DNA of 63,088 nt, the filler included, from Bilabrum cf. latius (taxonomy: Eukaryota): assembly GCA_965178125.1 (NCBI GenBank). It is 3 parts of 3 records of this genome, joined end to end, with 100 filler letters (N's around TTAATTAATTAA, not from the genome) between each part and the next. Parts side by side here need not be neighbours in the genome. Positions count along the whole stretch, not along the records: positions 22,685 to 44,398 come from CBCXTV010000046.1; 2 more parts are not named here. One strand, 5' to 3'. This document shows, piece after piece, positions 22,685 through 33,104 of the stretch (position 1 is its first letter; each line of letters starts with the position of its first letter). Below the pieces are notes generated by a model, which was not told the origin of the DNA, did no database searches, and saw only the letters and a list, made by a program, of their open reading frames with translations. Position numbers and translations under genes: made by a program.

Positions 22685-23871
22685 CGCGTTTGTTCGCGGA
22701 GCCACGTCGTATCAGCGGCGGAAATGGTGTGCGAACTCACCAAGAGAATTTGCGGCAATGCTTTCTGTATCTCCACTTTGTCTGCAAGGAAAGCGAGAAG
22801 AGAGAAAGCTGTGCGCTTGCTCTTGAGGGAGGCACCTGTCGCGGTACGCGGCCGCGCCTCGCTTCCAGGTGTGTTCGGGCACTCAGTAAACCTGGCTTCG
22901 GCGGTGTCCAGAGGCGGCACGAACTCTCGTCGAAATTGAGGAAGACGGTCGTTTTGTTGTGCGGCACGGTGTGCTCCAAAAAAAATCGCCCACTTCCACA
23001 TGGCCGTTGCCTCGTGTTTGCCGGGAATGCGGTGGTCTGTGGGACGATTTGGCGGGCCCGATTTTGCGGCCGGAATCCGGCCACCCCCCATGTGGTGGAA
23101 TGAATGCGTGGGCCCAAAATCGTGGCCATTTTCTGGCCGCAAAACTGGGCCCGCAAAAGTGGCCCGGGGGGGATTTTTTGGGAGCCGCCGGTGGGGCAAA
23201 TTTCGGGTTCTGCCCTGCCGGAAACCTTGCGCGCCGCCTCCTGCGTCGTCGTGCCCGTCCCGGTGGGCATAGCGTGCCCCGGCGTAGCGCCCATCGACGC
23301 ATAAAGCGACGCATCCACTTTTTCCTGAGCGGGGGGAGCGCTGCATGCAACGGGACGTCGTGAGCGGCAGTGGCCACACTTTCGCATGCCGAAGCGTGCG
23401 TACGTTGTGTGTACACGGCCCGAGTACTCGGCGCCAGACCGCGTCCCCGGTTATGTTCATCGATCCATTGCACCAGATCTTTTTCGCGCAGATATTTTTC
23501 GGCGTCGCTTTTTCGTCGAGTCCACCATGCCGTCGTGGCCTCGTCGTTCATGTTTGTTGTGGTACTTCTCTCTCGCACCACGTTCATGAATTTCGTCGCG
23601 TTGACGGGCACGCCCAATTTCCGGCTGAGCACTGCTTCGAGGAAGGTGTGTGCTGCCCTCCCGCTGTCTGGGACACGCATGTAAATCACGATCGCGGTGT
23701 CCCGATATCGAGGTGTGCAGTTCTGGCCGGTCACCTCAACACCGCTCGCCGTGCCTGCGACACGCTCGGCATCGCGTCGCTCCTCCGCCCGATTTCTCTT
23801 CGCATATTGCGTAAAGCATCCGTAAGGTCATTGCGGCGCGCACGTGCGTCGGTGATTGCGGACCTTTTCAT
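22685..23871 (-). pseudogene. 5' half of pogo-like DD35D transposase (copy of 33011..34995), cut by contig end; intron 23011..23225
   Basis: near-identical to 33810-34995 with small indels. Confidence 0.85.
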
Positions 23872-24384
23872 CGTTCGGGCCTCAGCTTTTCAGAGGCGCC
23901 TCGCGAAAAGGGCTGCAGACAAGATGCCGCTGTCGGGGGGCTCTCATGCCGGGTTATAGTTCCCTGTAGCGAACTGTGCACTGGCGGATGTGCCTGCAGT
24001 GCGTGGTTCTCGTGCTGCGGGGCACGCCTACCACCAATTCCTAATATGCGTCGTCGTGATCAAGTTTCGTTCCATGCTCGGCGGGGTTTTGGTACAGCCT
24101 TTTTTGACGGATCTCATATGTCGAGCCATGCTTTCCTCTTGCCCTTTTTCCAAAGTGCTTCAGATCATTTCCCAAATAAGCGTATTGCCTAAGTAAATCG
24201 CGGCACCATAGAATTGGGATACCCCTTTCCGCGCGATTGCAGAATCAGCCACTGGCATCATCCGCCTGTACCTGGAGCCTTTCCTGCTTCGACTTCTTCG
24301 TGGAATGTGCCTGGCGTCGCCATCATACAACCAACAAACCACGTGAATAAGCAACGACTCCGTTTTTTCCAAAGAGCTTGCGTC

Positions 24385-24750
24385 CGCTGGCTCCCCCGCC
24401 CACCCGCTCGTCCGCCAGTCCACCCGCCCACCCGCCCGACAGGCCTGCCGGCCCTCCCGCCCGCCCGCCCGTTCTCCCGTTCGCCCTTCGTCCTCCCGCA
24501 CATCAGCTCGCCCGCCCTCCCGCCCCCCCGCTCGTCCACCCCGCCCGCCCGTCCTCCCGCCCGCCCGCGTGCTAGCCCGCCCATCAGCTCGTCCGCCCGC
24601 CCGCCCGTCTGCGCGCCCGTCCGCCCGCCCGCGCACCGGCAGGCCCGCCCGCCCGTCCGCCCGTCCGCCCGCCCGCTTGCCCGCCCGCTCCTTTACCCGC
24701 TCGCCCGCCCGCTCGTCCGCCCGCCCGTTCGGCTCCCCGCCCACCCGCCC
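24385..24750. repeat. degenerate (GCCC)n tract; others at 26350-26920, 29230-29400 and copies 35505-35875, 37470-38040, 40305-40475
   Basis: directly visible. Confidence 0.95.
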
Positions 24751-25059
24751 AGTCGCATGCCAATTCCCAATGTCAAAACGCCATCAAGATAAAATTGTCC
24801 AACTCAAACATGCGAACGCAGCACCGGCAGCTCACGTGGACGCACGGCGATGTGTCTCTAGATCCAAGCGTGGGCATCAGCTCGTGCTAGTGAAGCGTCC
24901 ACGTTTTCTCCATTTCCTGCATCTCATCATCATAACATTGACCAAATTACACATGTCAAGGATACACCGGCAGCTCACGTGGGCGCACGGCGATGTGGAT
25001 TTTCCATGCACGCGATCACAGTCCATCGCATTCAATCGCAGCAGAGGACGAGTGTCTTT

Positions 25060-26172
25060 TTAGACAACCACGTCCGCTGCTTGCCTACTCGCCTGCAAAA
25101 GGTTTTCCCATGTCGCGTCTGGGTGCACCTCCAGCTCATGCTGGAACGCCGGTTCCGCGTACACAGACACACCCGCGTTCGCGGGATGCGAGTACAGCGA
25201 CGCAACGTGCACAGTGTGCACCCAGACATGCGTGGGAAAACTGCTATCGGGGTAGGAGATCCACTGATGGCGGTCCCCCCGCGCCTGCTCGGCGCAACAC
25301 GGTTTTCCGCTTTTGCGGATCTTCGTGCGGACTGCGGACTTCCAAAAATGGACCGTACAACCACCCCGAGTCGTCGAGAGCGCTGTAGAATGTGTACGAC
25401 GACAGAAGATGCGCACGTTGAGGCGCGAAACTATAAATTCCCTGCAACTCCCGCCCGGCATCAAAATTCCGAGCCCACCCGGTCGCGAGACCGCAAAAAA
25501 AACAATGCGGTGAAGTACTTCCAGCGCTGTACCATGGAAGCTCGTTCGAAACCGGGTCTCGTCGAAATCTGTGTCGATCCTCTCTGCTGCGGGCAAATCG
25601 AATCTCACATAGAAACCGACGGGAGAAAAAGAACCCTCCGGGTGGTCTATGGCACCGCGAACAATGCCATTCAACAACCGCGGCCGGGTCGCGATCCATT
25701 CCCACAAGGTACGGACCGCTGTAAACGGTCGGGCGTCGCGTCGCCCCATCGATCCGCCTGCGGCGATCCAATGAGTGAAGCTTCGCTCTCGACCAGCATC
25801 CAGAGCGATGACTGGATTAGTTCCGCGCCACCGCCGGATGTGCGGGGCCGGCGCGTTTTCCACGCCGTCCCACAGAAAACGGCCCATACCGCGTCGCCAA
25901 GCCAGGGGCCCGGCTAGCATTGGGGCCGCGGGCGGCCACGGCGGAACGTCGCCGGGCATGCCCTTAAAATGCCGTACGTATGACGGCAATTCGTCGACCA
26001 TGAGATAGGCGCCTGGGGTCGTGCCGCTCTCAGTCGCCACCCGGCTTGCCGTTGCGGCAGGCTCTTCCGGCGCGTTCGCCATTTCCTGTTCGGAGACCAG
26101 CTCTGCCGGAATGTCCGCCGACGCGACCGCCTGCGTGACCGACGCTTGGTCGACGCTGCTTGTCGCCATCAC
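25060..26172 (-). CDS. putative ADP-ribosyltransferase (PARP-like fold) protein, frameshifted at a T8 run (+ strand A8, 25495-25502) and at a G run near 25278
   Basis: Joined frames read FHGTALEVLHRIVF-CGLATGW..QGIYSFAPQRAHLLSSY..GPFLEVR..QW, matching the HGT..I..GL / GIY..A..Y pattern. Confidence 0.55.
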   Translation of the reverse strand: MMATSSVDQASVTQAVASADIPAELVSEQEMANAPEEPAATASRVATESGTTPGAYLMVDELPSYVRHFKGMPGDVPPWPPAAPMLAGPLAWRRGMGRFLWDGVENAPAPHIRRWRGTNPVIALDAGRERSFTHWIAAGGSMGRRDARPFTAVRTLWEWIATRPRLLNGIVRGAIDHPEGSFSPVGFYVRFDLPAAERIDTDFDETRFRTSFHGTALEVLHRIVFFAVSRPGGLGILMPGGSCREFIVSRLNVRIFCRRTHSTALSTTRGGCTVHFWKSAVRTKIRKSGKPCCAEQARGDRHQWISYPDSSFPTHVWVHTVHVASLYSHPANAGVSVYAEPAFQHELEVHPDATWENLLQASRQAADVVV

Positions 26173-27563
26173 CTTTTATGTCCAAGGTCCAAGCAATGGC
26201 ATCTATATCTGGGCGGTGCTGCAATAGGTATGAATCGAAAAAGAAGAAATGCCCGGTCCTTCCCGCTTTTCGTTCACATTTCTCGACAAAACGCCGGCAG
26301 CTCACGAGGGCGCACGGCGGACCAAAAGACACCTGAATGGATACGCTTCGCCCGTGGCGACCTGCCCGCCCGCCCGCCCGCTCGCCCGCCCGCCCGTCTG
26401 CCCGCCCGCTCGCCCGCACGTCGGCTCGCCCGCTCGCCCGTCCGCCCGCCCACCCGCACGCGCCCGCCCGCCCTCTCACCCAATTGCCCGCCCGCCCGCC
26501 CGCCCGCTCGTCCGCGCGTCCGCCCGGCGGCCCGCCCACCCGCCCGCCCGCGCGCCCGCTCGCCAGCCCGCCCGCCGGCCCTCGCGCCCGCTCGCCCCGT
26601 TTGCCCGCCCGCCTCTCCGCCCTCCCGTGGCCCGCCCGCTCGCGAACCCGGTCGCCCGCCCGCCCGCCCGCCCACGCCCGTCCACCCGCGCATGCCCGCC
26701 CCCGCCCACCCGGCCGCCCGTCCGCCGGCCCATCCGGCAGCCAGCCGGCCCGTCCGCCCGCGAGCCTGCCTGCCCGCTTCTGCGCGCGGTCGCCTGCGCC
26801 CGCACACCCGCGCGCGCCTGCGTGCGTGCGCGTGCCGACCCGCGCGCTTGCCGGCCCGACAGCTCCACCGAGCAGCCGCTCGGCTGTCCGACCGCTTTCC
26901 CGACCGCCCGCCTTGGGCGCACGGCGACAGATGAAAAAGAAAAGAGTGGTCACTCCATTCCTCCAGCAGGAACGTACCAATGCAGGAAGACATCTTTGAT
27001 GACATTCTCCATCGCGATTTCCGTTTTTTCTCACGTGTGCCGAGGATGCAGACACACTTGTTCGTCAAAGTCGCTGATGACATCAGCATCTCATCGGCCA
27101 CGCGCCGTGACGAAAAACACAGCCAATCAAGCGTCGTGCATGGAACTCATGCAAATCGGATTCAACTGCTTCCCACACATGAAACTAGCCACATTGGTAC
27201 ATCGTTCAAAATAAAATGATGGCATTTTGACACAGACAATGTTCTCGCCGCCGGTCAGTTCTTTTTCTATGAGGGTCACCAAGACACAATTCTGACCCCC
27301 CCCCCCCCCCCCCCCCCCAATTACACATATGAAATTGCATTCTGCGCACACGTGTTGTCTGACATGCAATGCATACGCAAGATCAGACTCCGGCTATGGA
27401 TCTTTCCATCCGAACCGCAATGACAACGGATGCTCAAAGTTTCACGCGTTACACAAAAACGCACTATACATTGCAAACAGTAAGCTATACAAAACAAAGT
27501 TCGCGTTGCGAGGCACTATCTGTTTCCTGCCTGTCGTCACGAACTCAAAGGCGTCATGGCGCT

Positions 27564-28061
27564 TTACGGCCATTTCACACCGACCTCGCGGGCACGACGT
27601 CGGAGTTCGACGCCCTGGGTCGGCGTGCATCCGAGCCAGCGAATGCGCCTATTAAATTCTTGCCACTCGGCATGGCCGACGGGCACAAGATCAGGGTGCT
27701 TATGGACAACACTCCATGGCAACCCTTTCTCCGTCCCGAATGCGGGGTATTCACTCGGCAACCGCGGCGGTACGCCGGCTCTGCGAAATTCAGCGTCTGT
27801 CAACCACTGATATTTCACGCCCTCGTCATTCAGGTCGTAGATCGACTGCACCCATCTCCTGTAACGCGCTTCACACGTGCGAATATACGAGCGCACCCAT
27901 GCGGACGGGTCGCCCACCGACTCGCCACCAGCGCTTGAGGACGTCGGCATATCCGGCACCTCTCCCGCTTCATCCGCCGGAGAAATTGGCGAAGCATTTC
28001 CATACCTCGCCATACCCACCGATGCAGAGGAAACTCGGGATGGGGCGACGACAAGACGCAA
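27564..28061 (-). CDS. hypothetical protein (~150-165 aa)
   Basis: protein-like composition, intact in both copies (38677..39174), co-oriented with the other unit genes. Confidence 0.45.
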   Translation of the reverse strand: MRLVVAPSRVSSASVGMARYGNASPISPADEAGEVPDMPTSSSAGGESVGDPSAWVRSYIRTCEARYRRWVQSIYDLNDEGVKYQWLTDAEFRRAGVPPRLPSEYPAFGTEKGLPWSVVHKHPDLVPVGHAEWQEFNRRIRWLGCTPTQGVELRRRAREVGVKWP

Positions 28062-28399
28062 TCAAACGACATCTGAATGCGAGCACCAACATTTCGGGTT
28101 CGAATGAATGATCTCTTGCAAGAGGTGAAGGCCAGAAAGCACTACCATTATGTGCTCAAGCTCCTGCACGCAGACATGGGACAGTGGAATAGCAAAACGC
28201 CACATTTTCATGAAAGCCGAATATTCACGACCGGCAGCTTACCATGGGCGCACGGAAAAGAAAACAAAATGTGAAAAATACGCTTTTCCCGCCGTCGCTT
28301 CCGCAACAAGATGATACACATGTCGCACGTCTACACAAATGCCCACACTCTTCTGGACACACCATGACTCTACACAAATGCCCACACTCTTCTGGACAC

Positions 28400-30440
28400 A
28401 CCATGACATCAAAACCGCATGCCCGCACGGCGGGCGCCAGGCAACAATTTGGCACGCTGTCCTGTGACGGACTTGCACCACAGAGAACCGAGACGGATAA
28501 CGCAAACTGCCTAACACGCCCTTCGTTTACCATGACAAGGCAGAGACCCACAGGGAGGACCGCAAAACGCGTCCACGTTGCGGACGCGAAATCAGGCCCA
28601 GAATACGGCCTCCATTTTGCGGCCGGAAAATGGCACCAAAACCCGGGGCAAAAATGAGGGACCCAACTGTTGGGTCCCCCTTTTTTCCTCTATTTTTTGC
28701 GGCCGTTTTCCGGCCGCCGAAATAGGCCCGCGGCGCGGGCCGCCGAGCAGCACACCTCTGGGGGGGCCACTGTACACAGTTCCCCAGCCACACGCAACTC
28801 TCCTGGACAATGGCACACGCCGCCGGCAGACAAACTGTACTAACCGGGTCGGAAATACACCGACCCACCGAACGCACAAGCATGTTCTTGATGTAGGCTG
28901 CACCACAGCTTTGCGGAGCAAAAAGAGTGTGCTGGATTTGGCCACGTGCGGCACGCAAATTCCCACACATTGTCACGATGTTCGTCGAATCTTTGTCCAC
29001 CTTCCCTCCATTTTCCAGAAGTGTCGCGATGTATGGACCAAGTCCGGTCCAATTTCGGCAATCATAGCTCATTGTCCGGGACCCTGATTGCCGCCAAAAA
29101 TGACACAAATGTGGCGGCGATTAAGACAACTTCTCGGCGATTTTGGTCGATTCTAGGCAATGTTGGCAGTGTTTCCCTTGGCTGTCCATACCATAACGAA
29201 TCGGCAGTCTCTGTCGCGTTCTACTCCTTCACGCCCGCACGCCCGCGGGCCCACCCGCCCGCCCGCTAGCCTGTCCGCCCGTCCGCCCGCCCGCCAGCCC
29301 GCCCGCCTGCCCACCCGTGCGCCCGCGCGCCCGCCCGGCCGCTTACTCGCCCGCCCGTCCTCCCGACCGCCCGCCCGCCAGCCCGCCCGCCCGTCCGCGC
29401 TGCGCGGTACGAACATCTTCCGTCGTGTACCGCTACCGCTCGTTCTTGTTACGCGGGTGAAACATGCACGCAAACCTGCGAACATCAATCTCTTCTCGTG
29501 TGCACACACGATGCCGCACTACACTGGCGACGTGAAATGTGACGACCACATGATGATAACATTCACCATGGTACAAGTTCAAGCGTGACACCGGCAGCTC
29601 ACGTGGGCGCACGGCGATGCGTTTCTGAATGAGAAAATGCAACATGAGGTCGCAGCGATGAGACGTTTCTGGTGGTAGATGGGGAAAAAGAAGACGAACC
29701 ATGCCACACGCAGCATCAAAAAAACCACGCGTCATTTCGATTTTACTTCATTACACACATCCTCGCCGAAGTGCCCTACGACTGAATCACATTGGCTCGC
29801 GCCCCGGCGTCCTTCCACGCAAAATATGCTTTTCGAATCAAATCCTGAGCTCGGGAAATCCCGCCCGCCAGAAAAAAAGGGAAAAATCATGTACGTGTGT
29901 GTGGTCAAAAGGCTGCGGCTCGATGACGCTCTTCTGCACCAACGCCTCCTGCGGCGTTTCAGCTCGACTCGGCAAGTAGCGAGCCGCTCACAACGATGCC
30001 TGTGATGCTAAGGCAGCAGACCGGGCAGTTGCGGGCTTCCGGCGACGCAACTTTGGGAAACGGATTGGCTGCGAGGGTTGCGTGCAAGATTCTCTGCAGA
30101 GAAATCTCGGTTGAGTAGAAGCCACCCAACGCCTACGGTGTTTGGGCGGCAGAGAGGGAAGGCTGGATCTGGACACCCTACACATGTTGGCGAACGCTGC
30201 GGCGGACGCACGGTTGTGATCAACAACCGCTGGCGGCACTGCTTGAGGGCAAGCGTTGCTGTACACGCGCAACTCGGAGCTCCGCGTCCGCATCTTCCAC
30301 GGGGTTGTCTTCAGAACATGAGGAAGGACATGTTCGTTCACGCTCGCACCGCGTTGTGTGAATCTGTGCGATGTCAAGCCCGACCACCAGCTCTGTATAT
30401 CAAGCACATCGGGCGAAAAAAAATCCCGAAGGAAGAACTA
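28400..30440 (+). pseudogene. possible highly decayed pogo-like transposase relic with hairpin insert 28590-28745
   Basis: Weak colinear resemblances to the intact enzymes: LRLDDALLH vs VILDCAPQH; LRARFSAEKSR vs LRETWMQERSR; VINNRWRH vs VLSSGSWQ. Confidence 0.3.
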
Positions 30441-30635
30441 TGAAAAATAGAACGACGCGGGGACACAAACCAATGCAATTCAATTCCAAAACATCCATGT
30501 CGGAAGATCACCATAAACAAGACACTCCCTTCCACAATATCTCCAGGACACGTACCTGGGAGGCAGAGCAATCGTGTTTCGATTTTCCTGCCAAGAGACA
30601 CGCTTTCAAAACACAACTTCAATCACAAGACAAAA

Positions 30636-31090
30636 TTACAGCGCGGTACGCGGGACCCACAACGCATCACCGGCATAATAATACCGGCTGTTGTCCTGGA
30701 TCCACTTTCTCTCCGACACTGACAAACGATTTAAACCCGAGTTCCAATCGTTGCACAAAACAACAATCTTCGCGCGGTGAACCCACTGGCGATGGCTGTA
30801 CATATTCGTCGCCGTGTGGGACAAGGACACCCACTCCGCGGGCGCCTGAAAAAGGCGCTTGTTCTGGATGACTAAGGATGCCGAAGCCTCATCCATCACA
30901 ATCACCTCATCATGCAGCGGTCGAAATGACCGAAGATCGGGCTGCGTTGCTTGTTGGCAATCACAGAAAAAGACAAGCCCGGTATCGGCCAAAGAGCATG
31001 CGTACTGCGTCTTTCCGACGCAGGAAAGGCCGTCCAAAATTAAAAAGCGATAGCGGAGAATCCGCGCGCAGTAGAGGACGAATTTGGGCT
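30636..31090 (-). CDS. SF3 helicase domain resembling the geminivirus/CRESS Rep C-terminus
   Basis: LRYRFLILDGLSCVGKTQYACSL (Walker A), VIVMDE (Walker B), KIVVLCN (motif C), WIQDNS; compare the geminiviral GDSRTGKT..IDD..IFLCN..W..N layout. Confidence 0.85.
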
Positions 31091-31091
31091 G

Positions 31092-31484
31092 TGAGAGCGC
31101 GCTCTGAGAGAGCGCTCTGAGAGATCGTTCTGACAGCGCTCTGAGAGAGCGCTCTGAGAGAGCGCTCTGACAGAGCGCTCTGAGAGAGCGCTCTGAGAGA
31201 GCGATCTGGGAGAGCGCTCTGAGAGAACGCTCTGAAAAAGCGCTCTGAGAGAGCGCTTTGAGAGAGCGCTTTGAGAGAGCGCTCTGAGAGAGCGCTCTGA
31301 GAGAGCGCTCTGAGAGAGCGCTCTGAGAGAACGCTCTGAAAGAGCGCTCTGAGAGAGCGCTTTGAGAGAGCGCTCTGAGAGAGCGCTCTGAGAGAGCGCT
31401 CTGAGAGAGCGCTCTGAGAGAGCGCTTTGAGAAAGCGTTTTGAGAGAGCGCTCTGAGAGAGCGCTCTGAGAGAGCGCTCTGAGA
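31092..31484. repeat. 13-bp quasi-palindromic minisatellite (GCTCTGAGAGAGC)~30
   Basis: directly visible; copy at 42187-42582. Confidence 0.95.
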
Positions 31485-31881
31485 ACGTCACGTCTCCCAA
31501 CATATAAGAAGAGATTCCGACTCAAGAGCCCACCATGTCTATACATGCCCGTCAGGCAGGATCTCGTCCACTGTCCGGCACATGACATACTTGCCCATCG
31601 CAGCTTGCCTTCGTATGGCAATGTCTCCATTTCATCATCTTGTCCTTCCGCCAGGGACTTCCAGATAGCCAAAACGATCCGACCAAAAACCGCCCAACAG
31701 CACGGAAACACCCACATCCAAAGAACGGGGACCCCTCAAAGATGGTATCGACGCCACCTGTTTCCCGCGGTTCTTTTTCCGATTCGCGCTTCTCGCACAC
31801 GTTTTTTTGGAGGCATTCCTTCTCGATTTTGCCTGGTTTGGGCCCCCTCTTTTGGGGAGTTCCTTTTTTCCCTAAAAAAAA

Positions 31882-31953
31882 GGGGGGAGCGGAAGCGCTG
31901 GGAAAGGCTTTTAAATATTAAAAGCGCTTTCCAGCGCTTCCGCGCTACCCCCC
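31882..31953. promoter_or_regulatory. long stem-loop with AT-rich apex, candidate rolling-circle origin
   Basis: GCGGAAGCGCTGG/CCAGCGCTTCCGC outer stem and GCTTTTAA/TTAAAAGC inner stem; minus-strand apex TAATATTTA (31912-31920). Hairpin is observed, function is inferred. Confidence 0.6.
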
Positions 31954-32702
31954 CCCCTTTTTTAAGTCATTTTACACTAGTTTTTGAGCATTTAGGGGGG
32001 TAGCGCTAGGGCGTTTTCCACGCTACCCCCTGTTTTGGCCTCGATTTTGGCAAATTCTCCACCAAATTTAGCCCATTTTCCCCATTTTTCTAGGGTGTTT
32101 GTGATTTTTCTCGATTTTTGGGGGATTTTTCGTGGAAAATTCCACACTTTTCACCGAATCTGGGCCGATTTTCCTGGGTTTTTTGGGGATTTTCGCGATT
32201 TGTCTCCATTCCCGCCCCACCCTCCCCCCTCTCTTCTTATGCATTTTCGCGATTTTTTCGCCAAATCTGGTCCGAGGTCAGTGGTCATGGCCGGTTCTGT
32301 GCGATGTTCAGGGATTCTCATCGATTAAGGCTATTTGTTAGGGACTTCGGGCGGTTCTGGACGACTTCTTCCGATTCTGGTTGATCTTGGCTGTCTTTCT
32401 CTCCGCTCTCCGTGGTCAAAGGACGCTTCGCTCTTCGTCGATTTGCCTGCTCATGTCGCTGAGGTGCGTCTGCTGGTCTCCTTTTGCCAGCCGGTGGTCT
32501 CCATGCAGTAGCGCGTCTCTTTCGCCGCAGCTTTTTTCGCCTCAGAGTCATCCATGTCACAATGAGCAATGAAACCAAAGTCACGAGGAATGGCATGCTC
32601 TTCATTCACACGTGAAACAACAACACTTCGATGAACCATGTCGCAGTATGATGCTCGTGTGGCGCGCCTTCACGCCTCCTTCGCCGATGAGTTCTTTTTC
32701 GG

Positions 32703-33104
32703 CTATTTCGGGGAGGCGGATGACGACGCTGCGTCGCCGGCCTTTTCGCTGTCGGCGTCCGGGCGACTTGCCTCGCGCATGAGCATGACCTCAGCGAGGT
32801 CGTCGTTGCTCAAACGACGTGCGTTTGCTTTCAAACGGCGACGTCGCTTTTCGTGGTTGCGGAGGTCTTTTGTCACCCGCTTTCGCTCGGCTGTCATTGC
32901 CGCCTGTTTCGCCCGCAGCTCGTCGATTTTCGTCGAGAGCGGCTTCGGCGGCGCGCCTCCGGGAACGGCCGTTGCCGCAGCGACTGCGTCGTCCAGCTGC
33001 CTTTCTTCTGCTACGGCCTTCGCGTCGCCGGCCAGAGCCGGCGCGCTCTCGGCAGCGACGATGCCGCGCTCGTTGTCGCTTCCGGCCTCGCTGCGCTCCG
33101 ACAT
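32703..33104 (-). CDS. 133-aa protein with acidic N-terminus and basic coiled coil; start overlaps the transposase 3' end
   Basis: IDELRAKQAAMTAERKRVTKDLRNHEKRRRRLKANARRLSNDDLAEVMLMR; homolog at 45772..46242. Confidence 0.75.
   Translation of the reverse strand: MSERSEAGSDNERGIVAAESAPALAGDAKAVAEERQLDDAVAAATAVPGGAPPKPLSTKIDELRAKQAAMTAERKRVTKDLRNHEKRRRRLKANARRLSNDDLAEVMLMREASRPDADSEKAGDAASSSASPK

Noticed and set aside
24160-27214. Pro/Ala/Arg- and Gly/Arg-rich ORFs
   Set aside because: Products of (GCCC)n tracts that lack stop codons
30636-31090. Helitron assignment for the Rep-like gene
   Set aside because: Motifs are SF3 (Walker A, B, C-Asn), not the PIF1/SF1 helicase of Helitrons
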